This document shows positions 24,059 through 35,100 of a stretch of DNA of 64,000 nucleotides, one piece after another. Made by a program: the position numbers and the translations under genes. Source of the stretch: Mantamonas sphyraenae STR306 (lineage: Eukaryota; Protista; CRuMs); contig JAPMXV010000049.1 of assembly GCA_026936335.1 (NCBI GenBank), forward strand, positions 1 through 64,000. Direction: 5' to 3'. Within the stretch, counting starts at the first letter, position 1; each line of letters begins with the position of its first letter. Below the pieces are notes generated by a model that was given only the letters and a program-made list of their open reading frames with translations, searched no databases and was not told the origin of the DNA.

Positions 24059-26095
24059 TCACGTGGTGGCCGTGCCTGCACGGGCACGCGTTTGAGCAGC
24101 AAGATCCAGTTGCAGCTCCTTGACAATAGCCTTGTTGACGTCGACGTTCTCAACGCTGTGGGCAATCTGATTCGTGTTGACGCTGTACAGGTTGACGTCG
24201 ACGCCCGTGTGTCCGTGAGTCGTCCATCCGATACGAGCCCGCTTGGCAATAATGCCCGAAATGTAGCGTGCCAGCATGGTCTGGTCACCAAAGAAAGCAA
24301 AGCCGTTGAGCTCCGATGCGGTGAGGTCTTCGATCTTTGCATAGTCCTTGAGAACAGAGGCCGGAGTCAAGTTGTCGTGAAGGATGGCCCCGGCCATCCA
24401 ATAGGTGGTGTGTGTGCAGCGAGTGATGATGTCCGGGTACCACGCATACTCGATGTTCGCCCCCTGGTCTGCGCCGAGGGTCAAGCCGCCGGTCTCGTGG
24501 TCGCTTGTGGAGATGACAATGGTGTCGTTGTGTTTCTTGACCCAGTCGAGCACGTAGCCGACGGTCAGGTCATACATGAAAGCGTCGCCGACAACACCGG
24601 GCGAGTCGTTGTTGTGGCAGGCGTGGTCGATACGCGAGCCCTCGATCATCAACACAAAGCCGTTGTCCTGGGCTGCTTTGTTGGACTCGAGCAGCCCGAG
24701 CGCCTTCTTGGTCATCTCCAACAGAGATGGCTGGACAGCTTGGTCACGGTCGATGTCATAATCCATGTGACTCATGGCAAAGAGACCAAGAACAGGGGTG
24801 CTCTTCACAGTGTCCAGCTCGCTCTTTGTCTTTACGGTGGTGTATCCCTTGGACTTCATCTCGGTCCACAGGTTTGTGTCTGGCTGCTTGCCGCCACTGC
24901 TTTGGTCCAGATAGTACTCCAAGCCACCGCCAAGCATCACATCCAGGCCCTGTGTGACCTGCTGGCGTGCAATCAGCGCTTCGTTCTGCCTGTTCTCGGC
25001 TGAAACGGTGTATGGTGAGCATCACGGACACGACCATCGCCCGGTTGGTCCAGAAAAAGAAGTGGGGAGCGGAGGACGAAGGGTGTGTTGCGGCAAGGAG
25101 TCAGCAAGTGAGCAGCAGCGGTCGCCCTCTCTCTTCAATCCACACACACACGCACACACACACCACACACACACACACGCCACACCACTCACCGTGTGCA
25201 GAGAATGCTGCTGGAGTAGCATGGGTGATTCGAGATGTCACCACAAGGCCAGTGGCCATTCCCTTGGCTTTGGCGGCCTCAAGCAGAGTGCCGCAGGGTC
25301 TCATGTGTTCGTCGACACCAATGGCGCTGTTGTTTGTTTTGATGCCACAAGCATAAGCGGTGGCTGATGCAGCGCTGTCGGTGACCCATGAGTTGGCCGA
25401 GTAGGTGTGCAGAGTACCAGAGTCGATGTTGTCCAGGTTGATTTTGCCGCCCCGGCCGTACTTGGCCACGCGGAGCATGGTCTGCTGGGCAGGACCAAAC
25501 CCGTCCGAGATCATCAAAATGACGTTCTTCCGTGTATTGGGCGCTTTCTTCAGCTCCTCCACAGAGCCAAACACAAGGAGGACGACCACAACCAGCAGGA
25601 CAATTGAGCACGTGGACACTCCCAGCTTGGTTTCCCAACTCCACGTGTTCGGGTCGCTCCACTTGTGGACCAGTTTAACGTGGCGCGAAGGTCTGTGTGT
25701 GTGTGTGTTTTACGCGTGTTGTGTGGTCACCGCATGAGTGTGCGTGTGGTGTGAGTGGAGACGCGATTTGAGAGGATGAGAAAGATAAGCGCACCCCTCC
25801 CTCGTTGCACATACGCCCTGTCGTGGAGCAACGACCGCTGTTGTTGCTGCGCATTCATCCCTTGTTCCTCGTCATAGCCAAGGGAGTCACCCATGGCATC
25901 GTCATGGTCGTCGTCCTCTTCGTCACTGTACCCGTCCAAGTTGTCGAGTTGAGCTGTGGTGTTGGAGCCCGGTCCTCTCGCCTGCGTGCCCTGAACGGTC
26001 ATTTCGACGTCGTGAGGACGGATTTCGTCATCATCGTCCGCGCCGGTGCCTTCTGCACGCATGGATCGAAACTGAGGCACTGCTTCGTTGCTCAT
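24059..26095 (-). CDS. Type II membrane alkaline phosphatase (Pho8/PhoA family; introns ~25794-25693 and 25192-25000)
   Basis: MISDGFG, catalytic VTDSAASATA, THATPA, EGSRIDHACHNND, TSDHETGG and HTGVDV; TM segment precedes the catalytic domain. The first intron is off by one base (probable homopolymer error). Confidence 0.88.
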
Positions 26096-26168
26096 GTTGT
26101 TGTTTCCACCGTTCGTCTGCGCGCGCCGTCGCCACCACACCACGACGCACGGGACAAACAAGTTTGCC
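26096..26168. promoter_or_regulatory. Putative bidirectional promoter (73 bp) between the phosphatase and coiled-coil genes
   Basis: Divergent ATGs; GT-rich left side, GCGCGCCG core, CA-rich right side. Confidence 0.45.
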
Positions 26169-29075
26169 ATGCCAGCCAAATCCAAACTTGAGCTTCTTCG
26201 CGAGAAAAAGGCAAAGGCGGCAGGGGCGGACACACAGAACGAGAAGGATGCGGGAGACGAAAAGGCCAGCAGCAGCAGCGAGCCCAAACTTGACACGACA
26301 CCGTCTTCTGATTCAGCGAGCACCGTCAGCAACAGCACGAGCAACTCTGCAGAGGAGACTCCTTCTGAAGACAACCACAAGGCAGAAAAGGCAAGTAGTG
26401 CGTCCAGCGACAATGTGGGATCCGAGTCTCAGCCCAAAGAGAAGGTCGAGGCCGCGGATGAATCGCCAGCCGTTACGCAAACCAGCGCGGCCACGAAAGA
26501 GGCTCCCACCAAGGCCAAGGAGGAGGTAGAGGACACAAAGGCCGTTCCAAGCGCTTCATCGTCCAAAGTTGCTGAGGCGGAGAAGGCCAAGAATGGCAAG
26601 GAGCTCCAGGGAGAGGAAGAGAAGCCGACGTCAAGGGGAAAGGCGTCTGCGGAATCCGCCGCGAGCGAAAGCAAACCCAAGGACAAGGAAGCCAGCGGCA
26701 AAAAAGACAAAGGCAAGGATAAAGACAAAGACAAAGACAAAGACAAAGACAAGAAGAAGAAGAAGAAGAAAGATAAGGACAAGGACAAGGACAAGGACAA
26801 GGAGAAGAGCAAGAGCAAGAAGAGCAAAGAAGACACCAAGCAAGACACAGGCATCACAGGAAAGAAGGAGGACAAAGGAAACGCTAGAACGGAGGAGGAG
26901 GTAAAGAAGGCGAGCAGCCCAGAAGAGGATACAGCAGCGGAAGCAAAGGTGGAGGCGAGCGAGGAGAGTGGCGGACGACGTCGCCAGCGTTCGCGGCTGC
27001 ATCAGCCTGCCGAGGTGGAAGGAGACCGTGCGCCTGGCTTACTTCGACTCCTGTCTCTGTCGGACAACGTGGATGCAATCCAGGCGGCCAAGAAGCTGGG
27101 CATGCGGTGGAAGAGGACGGCGGGGAAACGAGCAGAGGAACGCGAGACAGTGACGAGCGCGGACGTGCAGGTGATGTTCCACCCGAAAACGATCCCACTG
27201 GAGGAGTACCAACGAGTGCAGGAAAACCTGCGCATGCTTGAAGAGCGGCTGGATCTAATCCACGAAGAGAAGGAGGATGCGGGCGAGCTGCTGATCAACC
27301 TCCGCACCAAAGTACAGCAGATGGACGCCCTGATGGAGAGTCAAGACGAGGTTGTTTCACAAGTGGACGAACTGGTGGAGGTGGTCAGGCTGCTGCAAAC
27401 GTGCAGCGAGCAGCTGCAGGTGTGGAACGCCTACCGCATTGACTCAGACCACAAGGTGCGAAAGCAGCTGCAGGACCACAGCCTGTACACCAGTATGCGA
27501 TCTTCTAGGCGCTCTTCTAGGCGCTCTTCTGCGAGCAGCAGCAAGCGAGGAAGCCTAGTGGTGCCGGACAACATGCACAAGCTCATCCAGGAGCGATTGG
27601 CCACCATGGCCGACGCGCAAGATGAGGCCGATGTCCACGAGCACGTCGGTGCGGTCAAGTTCTCCGACGACGTGGAAGAGGAAGACATGGATCTCTCCTT
27701 TTCCGAGGACGAGGAGGAAGACGGTTCGCCTGGCGGACGCCACGGATCCAAGGCAAGGGGCAAGGGTCGCTCGGCAGCTTCTGCAGCCGCCATGAACGTA
27801 ATGGCCACAAAGCAGGCCCAGGCAGTGGCTGCGATGAAGGAAGAGGTGGAGGAGCTGAAGCAGCAGAACGCACAGCTGCAGGAGCATCTGCAAAAGGCGG
27901 CCCAGACGCAGGCGACCAACAGCAAGCTGCGCAACGCCATGCGCACGCTTAAGCAGGAGCACATGCGAGCTCTGCAGCAACTGGAACAGCTGCAGCATCT
28001 TCGAGTACAGTCTCAGTGGTCGTCTGTGATGAGCACGTCGTCGTCGTCGCCCTCGTCATCGTCGCAGAGTGGCTCCCCGAACAAACGCCAAGGGGCGAAA
28101 AAGACAGGCCTGCGCACACTGTACAGCCAGAAAAAGACGCAACAGGCGGCGCTCCAGGCACAACAGAACGCACAAGCGCAAAGCCAGCAGTTTGCAGCGG
28201 CTCAGGACGAGCTCGGTCTGCAAGTTGTGCACGACGGCGAGCCGGTGGACTACGAAACGTATCGTGCCGTGGCCAACGAACTCATCAATGCGCGCAAACT
28301 GCTCAAGGAGCAAATGGTGGCCAAGAACCAGCTGGAGATGCTGGCTGTGTCGTATGAGCGCATGGTCAAGGGCGAGGGAGTGCAGCGACAGCGCGCAGAA
28401 AACTCGGTCCAGGATCTCTCAGCCAAGTTGCAATCGGCCAAGCGAGACCTGAGCGGCGAACGCAAGCTTCGCAACGAACTACAGAACAACAACTACCAAA
28501 TGCAGCTGAAGCTGAGTGCAAGCGAGGCCGAGGTGGACAACCTGTCCAAGACGGTCAGCAGTCTGCGCGACGACAACGTCCTCCTCAAGAAGGAAGTCAT
28601 GGGCCTGCGCCGCCACGTGGACAAGCTTTCCCGCATCTACACGGGTGGTGCCACCGCCGAAGATATGGTTCTCCTCAACCAGCGCCTCCAGGAGCAGGGC
28701 CGTGCCGTCCAGGAGCTGGAAACCAGTCTGCACAACATGCGCGACAAGCTGTCCAACGAACAGCAACGACGCCGCGCCGCCGAACACAAGCTCAAGGAGA
28801 GCCTGAGCATGCTCGATTCCACCAACCTGGACACAGGCGCCTCTCCCATGCTCTCCATGAGCCACCTCTCGGGATTTGGTTCTGCGTCAGGCTACGGCAA
28901 CATCTCATCCGCCAGCTCCTCCTCCCCATCCGTTTCCCGCAGCATGGATCTTGGTCGCGGTAGCCCCATGCACCGCAGCATGACATCCAGCACCACCGGA
29001 CCCCGGCGTCTCGATCTCAGCCACGAAGAATTTGACGACGAGGACGACGGTCTGGTTTCCATCACCGACCTGTGA
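26169..29075 (+). CDS. Large coiled-coil protein with K/D/E low-complexity N-terminus, function unknown
   Basis: Long ORF; ATG in GCCATG context at 26169; extended heptad pattern; (DK)n and poly-K tract. Confidence 0.8.
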   Translation: MPAKSKLELLREKKAKAAGADTQNEKDAGDEKASSSSEPKLDTTPSSDSASTVSNSTSNSAEETPSEDNHKAEKASSASSDNVGSESQPKEKVEAADESPAVTQTSAATKEAPTKAKEEVEDTKAVPSASSSKVAEAEKAKNGKELQGEEEKPTSRGKASAESAASESKPKDKEASGKKDKGKDKDKDKDKDKDKKKKKKKDKDKDKDKDKEKSKSKKSKEDTKQDTGITGKKEDKGNARTEEEVKKASSPEEDTAAEAKVEASEESGGRRRQRSRLHQPAEVEGDRAPGLLRLLSLSDNVDAIQAAKKLGMRWKRTAGKRAEERETVTSADVQVMFHPKTIPLEEYQRVQENLRMLEERLDLIHEEKEDAGELLINLRTKVQQMDALMESQDEVVSQVDELVEVVRLLQTCSEQLQVWNAYRIDSDHKVRKQLQDHSLYTSMRSSRRSSRRSSASSSKRGSLVVPDNMHKLIQERLATMADAQDEADVHEHVGAVKFSDDVEEEDMDLSFSEDEEEDGSPGGRHGSKARGKGRSAASAAAMNVMATKQAQAVAAMKEEVEELKQQNAQLQEHLQKAAQTQATNSKLRNAMRTLKQEHMRALQQLEQLQHLRVQSQWSSVMSTSSSSPSSSSQSGSPNKRQGAKKTGLRTLYSQKKTQQAALQAQQNAQAQSQQFAAAQDELGLQVVHDGEPVDYETYRAVANELINARKLLKEQMVAKNQLEMLAVSYERMVKGEGVQRQRAENSVQDLSAKLQSAKRDLSGERKLRNELQNNNYQMQLKLSASEAEVDNLSKTVSSLRDDNVLLKKEVMGLRRHVDKLSRIYTGGATAEDMVLLNQRLQEQGRAVQELETSLHNMRDKLSNEQQRRRAAEHKLKESLSMLDSTNLDTGASPMLSMSHLSGFGSASGYGNISSASSSSPSVSRSMDLGRGSPMHRSMTSSTTGPRRLDLSHEEFDDEDDGLVSITDL
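26714..26801 (+). repeat. Coding microsatellite (GACAAR)n/(AAG)n encoding KDKDK..KKKKK..KDKDK
   Basis: Directly visible hexamer and trimer repeats. Confidence 0.9.
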
Positions 29076-29139
29076 GGTGACGAACAAACAAACAGACAAA
29101 TGAACAAGCAAAGTCGAGGTTGCATGGATGTGTGACTCT

Positions 29140-30210
29140 TTACTTGAGTACTTTAGACTTCAGTGTCTCACCTCTTGCGACGCCAATTGTGTTTACGGTC
29201 ATCAACGCCACCAACGACCAAAAGGCCACGTCAAAGCGGTGGTAACGGAACCATGAAGGCCCCACGGGCGATTCGTTGACGCGAACTTCGGCGTGGATTG
29301 AATCCTCCGGCACCTCGACAATCACATTGGCGTACTCCTCCAGAAAGAGATAGGCGAGTGACTCGAGGTCGCCGCCGGGCCGGGAGATGCTCCAGGTGGG
29401 AAGCGTGGCGCCGTAGCTCGGCTTGGCGTGCCAAATGCGCTTGTAGTACACGACATTGACGTTGTTGGGGTCCTTGAGGCCGTTCTGCTCAAAGACGTCG
29501 ATGAAGAGTTGCTTCGGAAACGAAGTCGACTTTTCGACAACCCCTGCGCGCACAAGGCCGCACGACGTCCAACGCGCACAGTTACCCGTTTCAATCGGAT
29601 TGTGCTTCGAGTTGATGTACTTTTTCCAAAAGTTGCCGATGGTGTTGAGGATGGGGCCGAGAATGATTTCGAAGCGTGCTTCCTCCCTCTTGTTCCGCGT
29701 CTGGATGTCCATGTAGAACTGGTGCATGGCCAAAAGTTTCTCGTCGGGTACGTTTTCCACGCGGACGCCCACCATGGCGCGGTTGTAGACGCCGAGTTGC
29801 TGTGAGCCCTGCAACACGCCGACGTTTGTCCCGTACAGGTAGTCGGCGGGTTTCAGAAAGTTGATCAGCTGAAACTCGGGGCCACCCAAGCCGACCACGT
29901 TCATCACGATGTCGTCCTTGCTGCCGTCGGGTTGGGGTACCCGGTAGCGCACCGCTGCATGGCCGTACATGTTCCATGGAATACCAAAGCCCAGAAAGCC
30001 CACGGACACTCCCACGCTCGGCTCCACAAAGATGTACTCCACATCAGGCGGTTTGTCCTTGCCCAGCGCACGGTCCACCTCTTCCAACACAGTGCTCTTG
30101 TTGTCCACCTCTGTTCCGCCCGTGAGGCCAAAGTCTTCTGGAACACCTCGACTGAACATTGCGGGCGGGAATGTTGGGGCAGGAAGCGCAGCCGGCTGCA
30201 GCACCTTCAT
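29140..30210 (-). CDS. Hypothetical protein, putative permuted papain-like (His..Asn-Cys) enzyme with C-terminal TM
   Basis: 356-aa ORF; YGHAAVRY precedes TGNCARWTS; hydrophobic C-terminal VAFWSLVALMTV. Confidence 0.65.
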   Translation of the reverse strand: MKVLQPAALPAPTFPPAMFSRGVPEDFGLTGGTEVDNKSTVLEEVDRALGKDKPPDVEYIFVEPSVGVSVGFLGFGIPWNMYGHAAVRYRVPQPDGSKDDIVMNVVGLGGPEFQLINFLKPADYLYGTNVGVLQGSQQLGVYNRAMVGVRVENVPDEKLLAMHQFYMDIQTRNKREEARFEIILGPILNTIGNFWKKYINSKHNPIETGNCARWTSCGLVRAGVVEKSTSFPKQLFIDVFEQNGLKDPNNVNVVYYKRIWHAKPSYGATLPTWSISRPGGDLESLAYLFLEEYANVIVEVPEDSIHAEVRVNESPVGPSWFRYHRFDVAFWSLVALMTVNTIGVARGETLKSKVLK

Positions 30211-31855
30211 TCATCTTTTTGTCCCATCTTGTCCTTGGCCATCATCCTCTGCTTGACCTCACGCTTGCGTACGCGCATGCTTTTGGCCAGCTGCGCCGCA
30301 CACGATGGACAACCGTCGCCGTTGTGCGCGACTTCTTGGATGTGCTCCAGACAGTGCGCATGGAATGTGTGGCCACACGACAGCACGGCGTGCGCGTACA
30401 CACTGCTTTGTGTGCGTTGTCCACATGCGTCGCACATCACTCGCTTCACCTCGTCCGCTTGAAAGGCGTGGAAGCGCGGGTCCACACGTCGACAAGCCAC
30501 CTTTTGCCGCTGCGCGTCGTATGCGCGTGAGCTTGATTGTATCCTCTCCACCAGTTCCTTCCACTGTGCCTTTACGCTATCTGCCGCACTGCTGCGGCTG
30601 GACGCATCCACATCCATTGCATTCGACGCTGTCTTGCTCTGAATCCCTGTCGCCCGCCGTTCCTGCTGCCCCTGTTGCATCCATCTGTACACGGTGGGAT
30701 TATGACGTGCCATCCCGCTTCTGTGGCGCGCTTTCACTTGTTCCATGCGGGACATGGGCACACGCGCAAACGCATTGTGTGACCCAAAGTCGTCAAATGT
30801 CAGATATTCCCACAACTGCTGCTGCTTCAACTGCTGCCGCGTAAGCCCACTGGACGCGTTCTGCCTCTGCTGAATCCTCCTTTCGTCATAATTGGCTCGT
30901 CGGATCAGCACAGGCTTCTGCCGTATGAACGACCTGCTACGCCGCACCTCCGACCCCTCGTCCCTCCCCCGGCCCAGGATGCTGTGCCGTCTGCCCAGAC
31001 CCAGGCCTTCGGCATCCATCCGTCTCCACTGAGATCTCGCGTCCTCCAGTTGCACAAGCTGCACTGCATCCCGTTCCACAGCGCGCTGGCGCACTGCCTC
31101 TTGCAACCGCATCAGGTGCTCCAGGCGCACCCTATGTGCGTGTGGAGCATGATCTCTCCTCCCCCGGTGTCCTTCTTCCTCTTCGGCCTCCCCCAGAGCA
31201 GACTGCACCGCCTGCAGACTTGCACGATGCCTGCGCTGCCGCCGTGCTTCTTGTCGTTCAAACGGGTCTCCAGTGTCCAGCACCATCCCCATCCCCTCAT
31301 CTCTTTGTCCGCCGTGTCGACGAGTCGATTTGGATGTGCCATCACCCCTTGCATGCACACCACTGCTGCTGTCGCTGCCGCTGCCGCCGCTCTGCGACAC
31401 CGTCGGTTGTACGTTCAGCCGTTGCCACGCTGCGTTCAGCCTTTGCTGATACGTGCTCGGCCTGCTCGTCCCCTGTTCTTCCTCTTTGCCCTTCCCTGCG
31501 CTCATGGTTGTCCGCTGGCCAACGTTCTCTTGCCGCACGTCGCCGAGGTGCTCGAGTCCGCCATCTTTCGCTCACCCTGCGCGTCCTCTGCGCCCTCTGC
31601 TTTGTTTTCCCCTTCTTCGTCTTCTTCCCCTTCCGATTTGTTGTGCACCACATCCAGTCGCTTCCAAGCGTCCTGCAGCCGCTGTTTGTACTTGCTGGTT
31701 CCTGAAACTCGCGCCCGCTTGCGTTCCTGACCACTCTCATCTTCCGCTCCCCCCTCTGCTCCCCCCGCATCTCCCACTCCGCTGTCTGCCCCCATTCTCG
31801 TTGGTCGCACTCCGCTCTCCACCTCCTCCGCCATCTCATCCGCCTTGCGCTTCAT
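30207..31855 (-). CDS. C-terminal RING-finger protein; probably one gene spanning ORFs 31502-32086 and 30207-31538
   Basis: RING CDAC..LSCGHTFHAHCLE..CPSC. A YxQRLxxAWxRLxV motif occurs in both ORFs. They join via a 1-bp indel at ~31567 or a short GTGAGC..AAG intron. Confidence 0.7.
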
Positions 31856-32164
31856 TCCGCCGGTCGTTGGCTCGCTCTGTGGCGAGAAGAATCGCGAAAA
31901 ATCCGGTGTCAGCAGAGCGGCTCCACCCCTCCCCCTGGCCAAAACTCGATCACAAAGTCCAGGCGAAAGCCCACGCCGTGCTGTTGCTCCCTCTTTCCTG
32001 TGTGACAACTCCAACTCACCATCTTCAAGCCCCTGGACCAGCCCGATTTCCGTTGACGCAACACCGCACCGTCTGCGCACTCCCATGTGCCCCCATCAGC
32101 AAGCTCGATCGAACGCATGGATATTTCCATTGACTCCTCCAACTCACACTGCCTCACACTGCAC

Positions 32165-35100
32165 TCACCCGCGCCTGGCCAATGCACCGAACCCTCCCGT
32201 CTTCTTCCCTGATCCAAACACCTTCTTGCCACTCCCTCCACTGCTGCCCTTGTTGGCAGAGCTGCGCGTAGCCCCACTGCTGTTATTGCCCAAGCGCGCA
32301 CGTTCTCCAAACCCTGCGCCTCCGCCACGCATCTTGCTCGCGTTGGAAGTTTTGAACCCGCTCGACTTGCTACTGCTTCCTCCACCGCTGCTCGTCCCTC
32401 CACGACTGCTCCCTCCACTTCGCATCTTGCTCGCATTGGAAGCCTTAAACCCTGATGTTTTGCCACCGCTGCTCGTCCCGCCACTGCTGCGCCGCGATGT
32501 GAATCCACTCGCTGCTGCTTTGGACTTGCCAAATCCACCCTTGCTCCCTCCGCTTGTCCCACCACCGCTCTTGCGTGCTCCAGAGAAAGGTCCGCTGCTC
32601 TTTCCTCCCTTGCTGCCACTTCCACCGCCGCTTGATCGCGACGCAAACTTGCCCCCGCTGCTCTTGCTCCCAAACCGGCTGCTCGTTGTCTTTTTCGGAG
32701 TTTCTGCCTCGTCTCCATCCTGACCATCCTCGTCTGCACTCAAGTCCTCTCCCTTGTCTTTCTCCGTATCTTCTTTGCCCTTTGTCCGAGCTCCGAATGT
32801 CTTGCCACCTGTGCTGCTCTTTTTCGCCGCGCTAAACTTGCCCGAGCTGCTTGCTCCCAGCTTGCTTGCTCCCAGCTTGCTTGCTCCCAGCTTGCCTGCT
32901 CCCAGCTTAGTCGCGCCTCCCACCTTGCTGGCCGCGGGCTTGACGGTCGACCCATCGTCTCCCTCCTTGGCCGAGGCCGCTGCGCCCGAACGAGAGGCCA
33001 CTCCCGCTCCAGCTCCGGTGTTGCCCGACATTTTTGGCAGGGGTTTGCTTTCCACCTTGGTCAGCTTGAGGCTGCCTGACGCACCGTACGACTTGACCTT
33101 GGCGTCCACCAACTCTTTGGGCAGCTTGCCAAACTCCTTCATCAGCGTGGCTGCGGCAACTCCTTTGCCTCCAACGCTCTGATACTCCTCCTGAAGCTCC
33201 TTCAGCTTCTCGCGGCGATGCTGTTCCCTTGCTTCTCTGCGCTTGCGCTCCTTCTCGCCCAACGCCTTTTGCGCCTCATACCGCTCCACCAGTTGCGAGC
33301 GTTCCTCTTCCGCCTTGCTCATGGACGGTCGCTTGGCGCTGGCCAAGCTATGCTCCACGTGCGACAGGCTCATGTTGCGCAGCGCTCGCGTCAATTCATC
33401 AGTGTGCGTCCTTGTGCTTGCACGACCACTGGGTCCACCTCCGCCATGTGTCTGTCCCTGAGCCTGTGCTCGCAATGCCTGTTTGGCCTGGACATTTGGC
33501 CGTCTGTTCTCTTGGGCCTGCTTCACCGCACGCAAGCGATGGTCCAGCACGCTCAGGTGCGACAGCATGTTCTGTGTGTACTCGTTCACATTGGCCGCTG
33601 TTTGTTGCATGTAGCCCACCTGTGCCTGAGCTTCAGCAGCCGAGCTGAACATGCTCCCTCCTCCGCTGTACGGCGACTGCCTCACTGTGCGTGCCCGTTC
33701 CCGCCTCACCTGCATCTCTTCCTCGATCTCTGTTAGCCGCGACACCACCTGCGCAAACAAAGGATCCATTTTGTCCTTTTGCGCTTGCATCTCGCTCGCC
33801 AGAGGCTGGCTGGCGAGGTAGGCCTCGCCTTGTTGCTTCTTGATTTCCTCCAGCCGCAGCCCCAAATCGTCCTTCTTTGTCGCCAACGACGCCTTGGTTG
33901 TTATCACTTCTGCCAATCGATGTTGCTGCGATTGGGTGTTCTTCAACACGTCTCCCAGCGTGATTTTCGCCTTGGCCAGCTCCGCATCGATCCCGTCCAG
34001 GTTTGCCAGGGTAAAAGTGTCCCCCTTGCTCGATGCTCCCTTGGTGATGGATGCAATGCGCTCCTGAGAAGCCTTGGAAAACCCGCGGACCTTCTCCATG
34101 CGATATTCCAGAAACTCCAGCAGATTGTGGAAGGATTCGCGCAGCATATTCTCGTCGGGCTTCTGCAATTCACCTTTCAGCTGCTTCACCAGGCCGGACA
34201 CGTCCTCGATTGCGTCGTTTGCCGCGGCTGTCCCTTGCTGTTGTGCTGTTGCATTCATGACCCCTGCAACAGTGCCCGTCGGTTTCGCCTTTGCCGCACC
34301 GCCCACCTCTGCCGAAGCGTCGTAGTTGTCATCGTCATCGTCGTCCGGCATTGGCGGCATAGGTGCCGATTTGATGCTCGCCTTGGCCGCCGCCGTGCTT
34401 CCAACCTTGGATGCAGCACCTACGGCGGCTGCAGCGTCGTAGTTGTCGTCATCGTCGTCGTCGGGCATCGGTGGCAACGGCGCGGCCGTGACACTCTTGG
34501 CTGCTGCCCCGCCTCCCAGCGTCCCACTCGACTCTTTCTTCAGCCCAAACTTGCTTGTACGTGACGTCCCCAGCTGCGATGCTTTGCTTGCCCCAAACCC
34601 TTTCGCCTTGACGCCCGTCCCGTCTTTCTTTGCTGCCCCAAAACGCGACTTTGGCTTCTCCTCCTTCGGCGGCTGTGACTCTCCCTCTGCACCGGCTTCC
34701 GATGCGTCGTAGTTGTCCTCATCGTCGTCGTCGGGCATCGGTGGCAACGGCGCGGCCGTGACACTCTTGGCTGCTGCCCCGCCTCCCAGCGTCCCACTCG
34801 ACTCTTTCTTCAGCCCAAACTTGCTTGTACGTGACGTCCCCAGCTGCGATGCTTTGCTTGCCCCAAACCCTTTCGCCTTGACGCCCGACCCGTCCTTCTT
34901 TGCTGCCCCAAAACGCGACTTTGGCTTCTCCTCCTTCGGCGGCTGTGACTCTCCCTCTGCACCGGCTTCCGATGCGTCGTAGTTGTCCTCATCGTCGTCG
35001 TCGGGCATCGGTGGCAACGGCGCGGCCGTGACACTCTTGGCTGCTGCCCCGCCTCCCAGCGTCCCACTCGACTCTTTCTTCAGCCCAAACTTGCTTGTAC

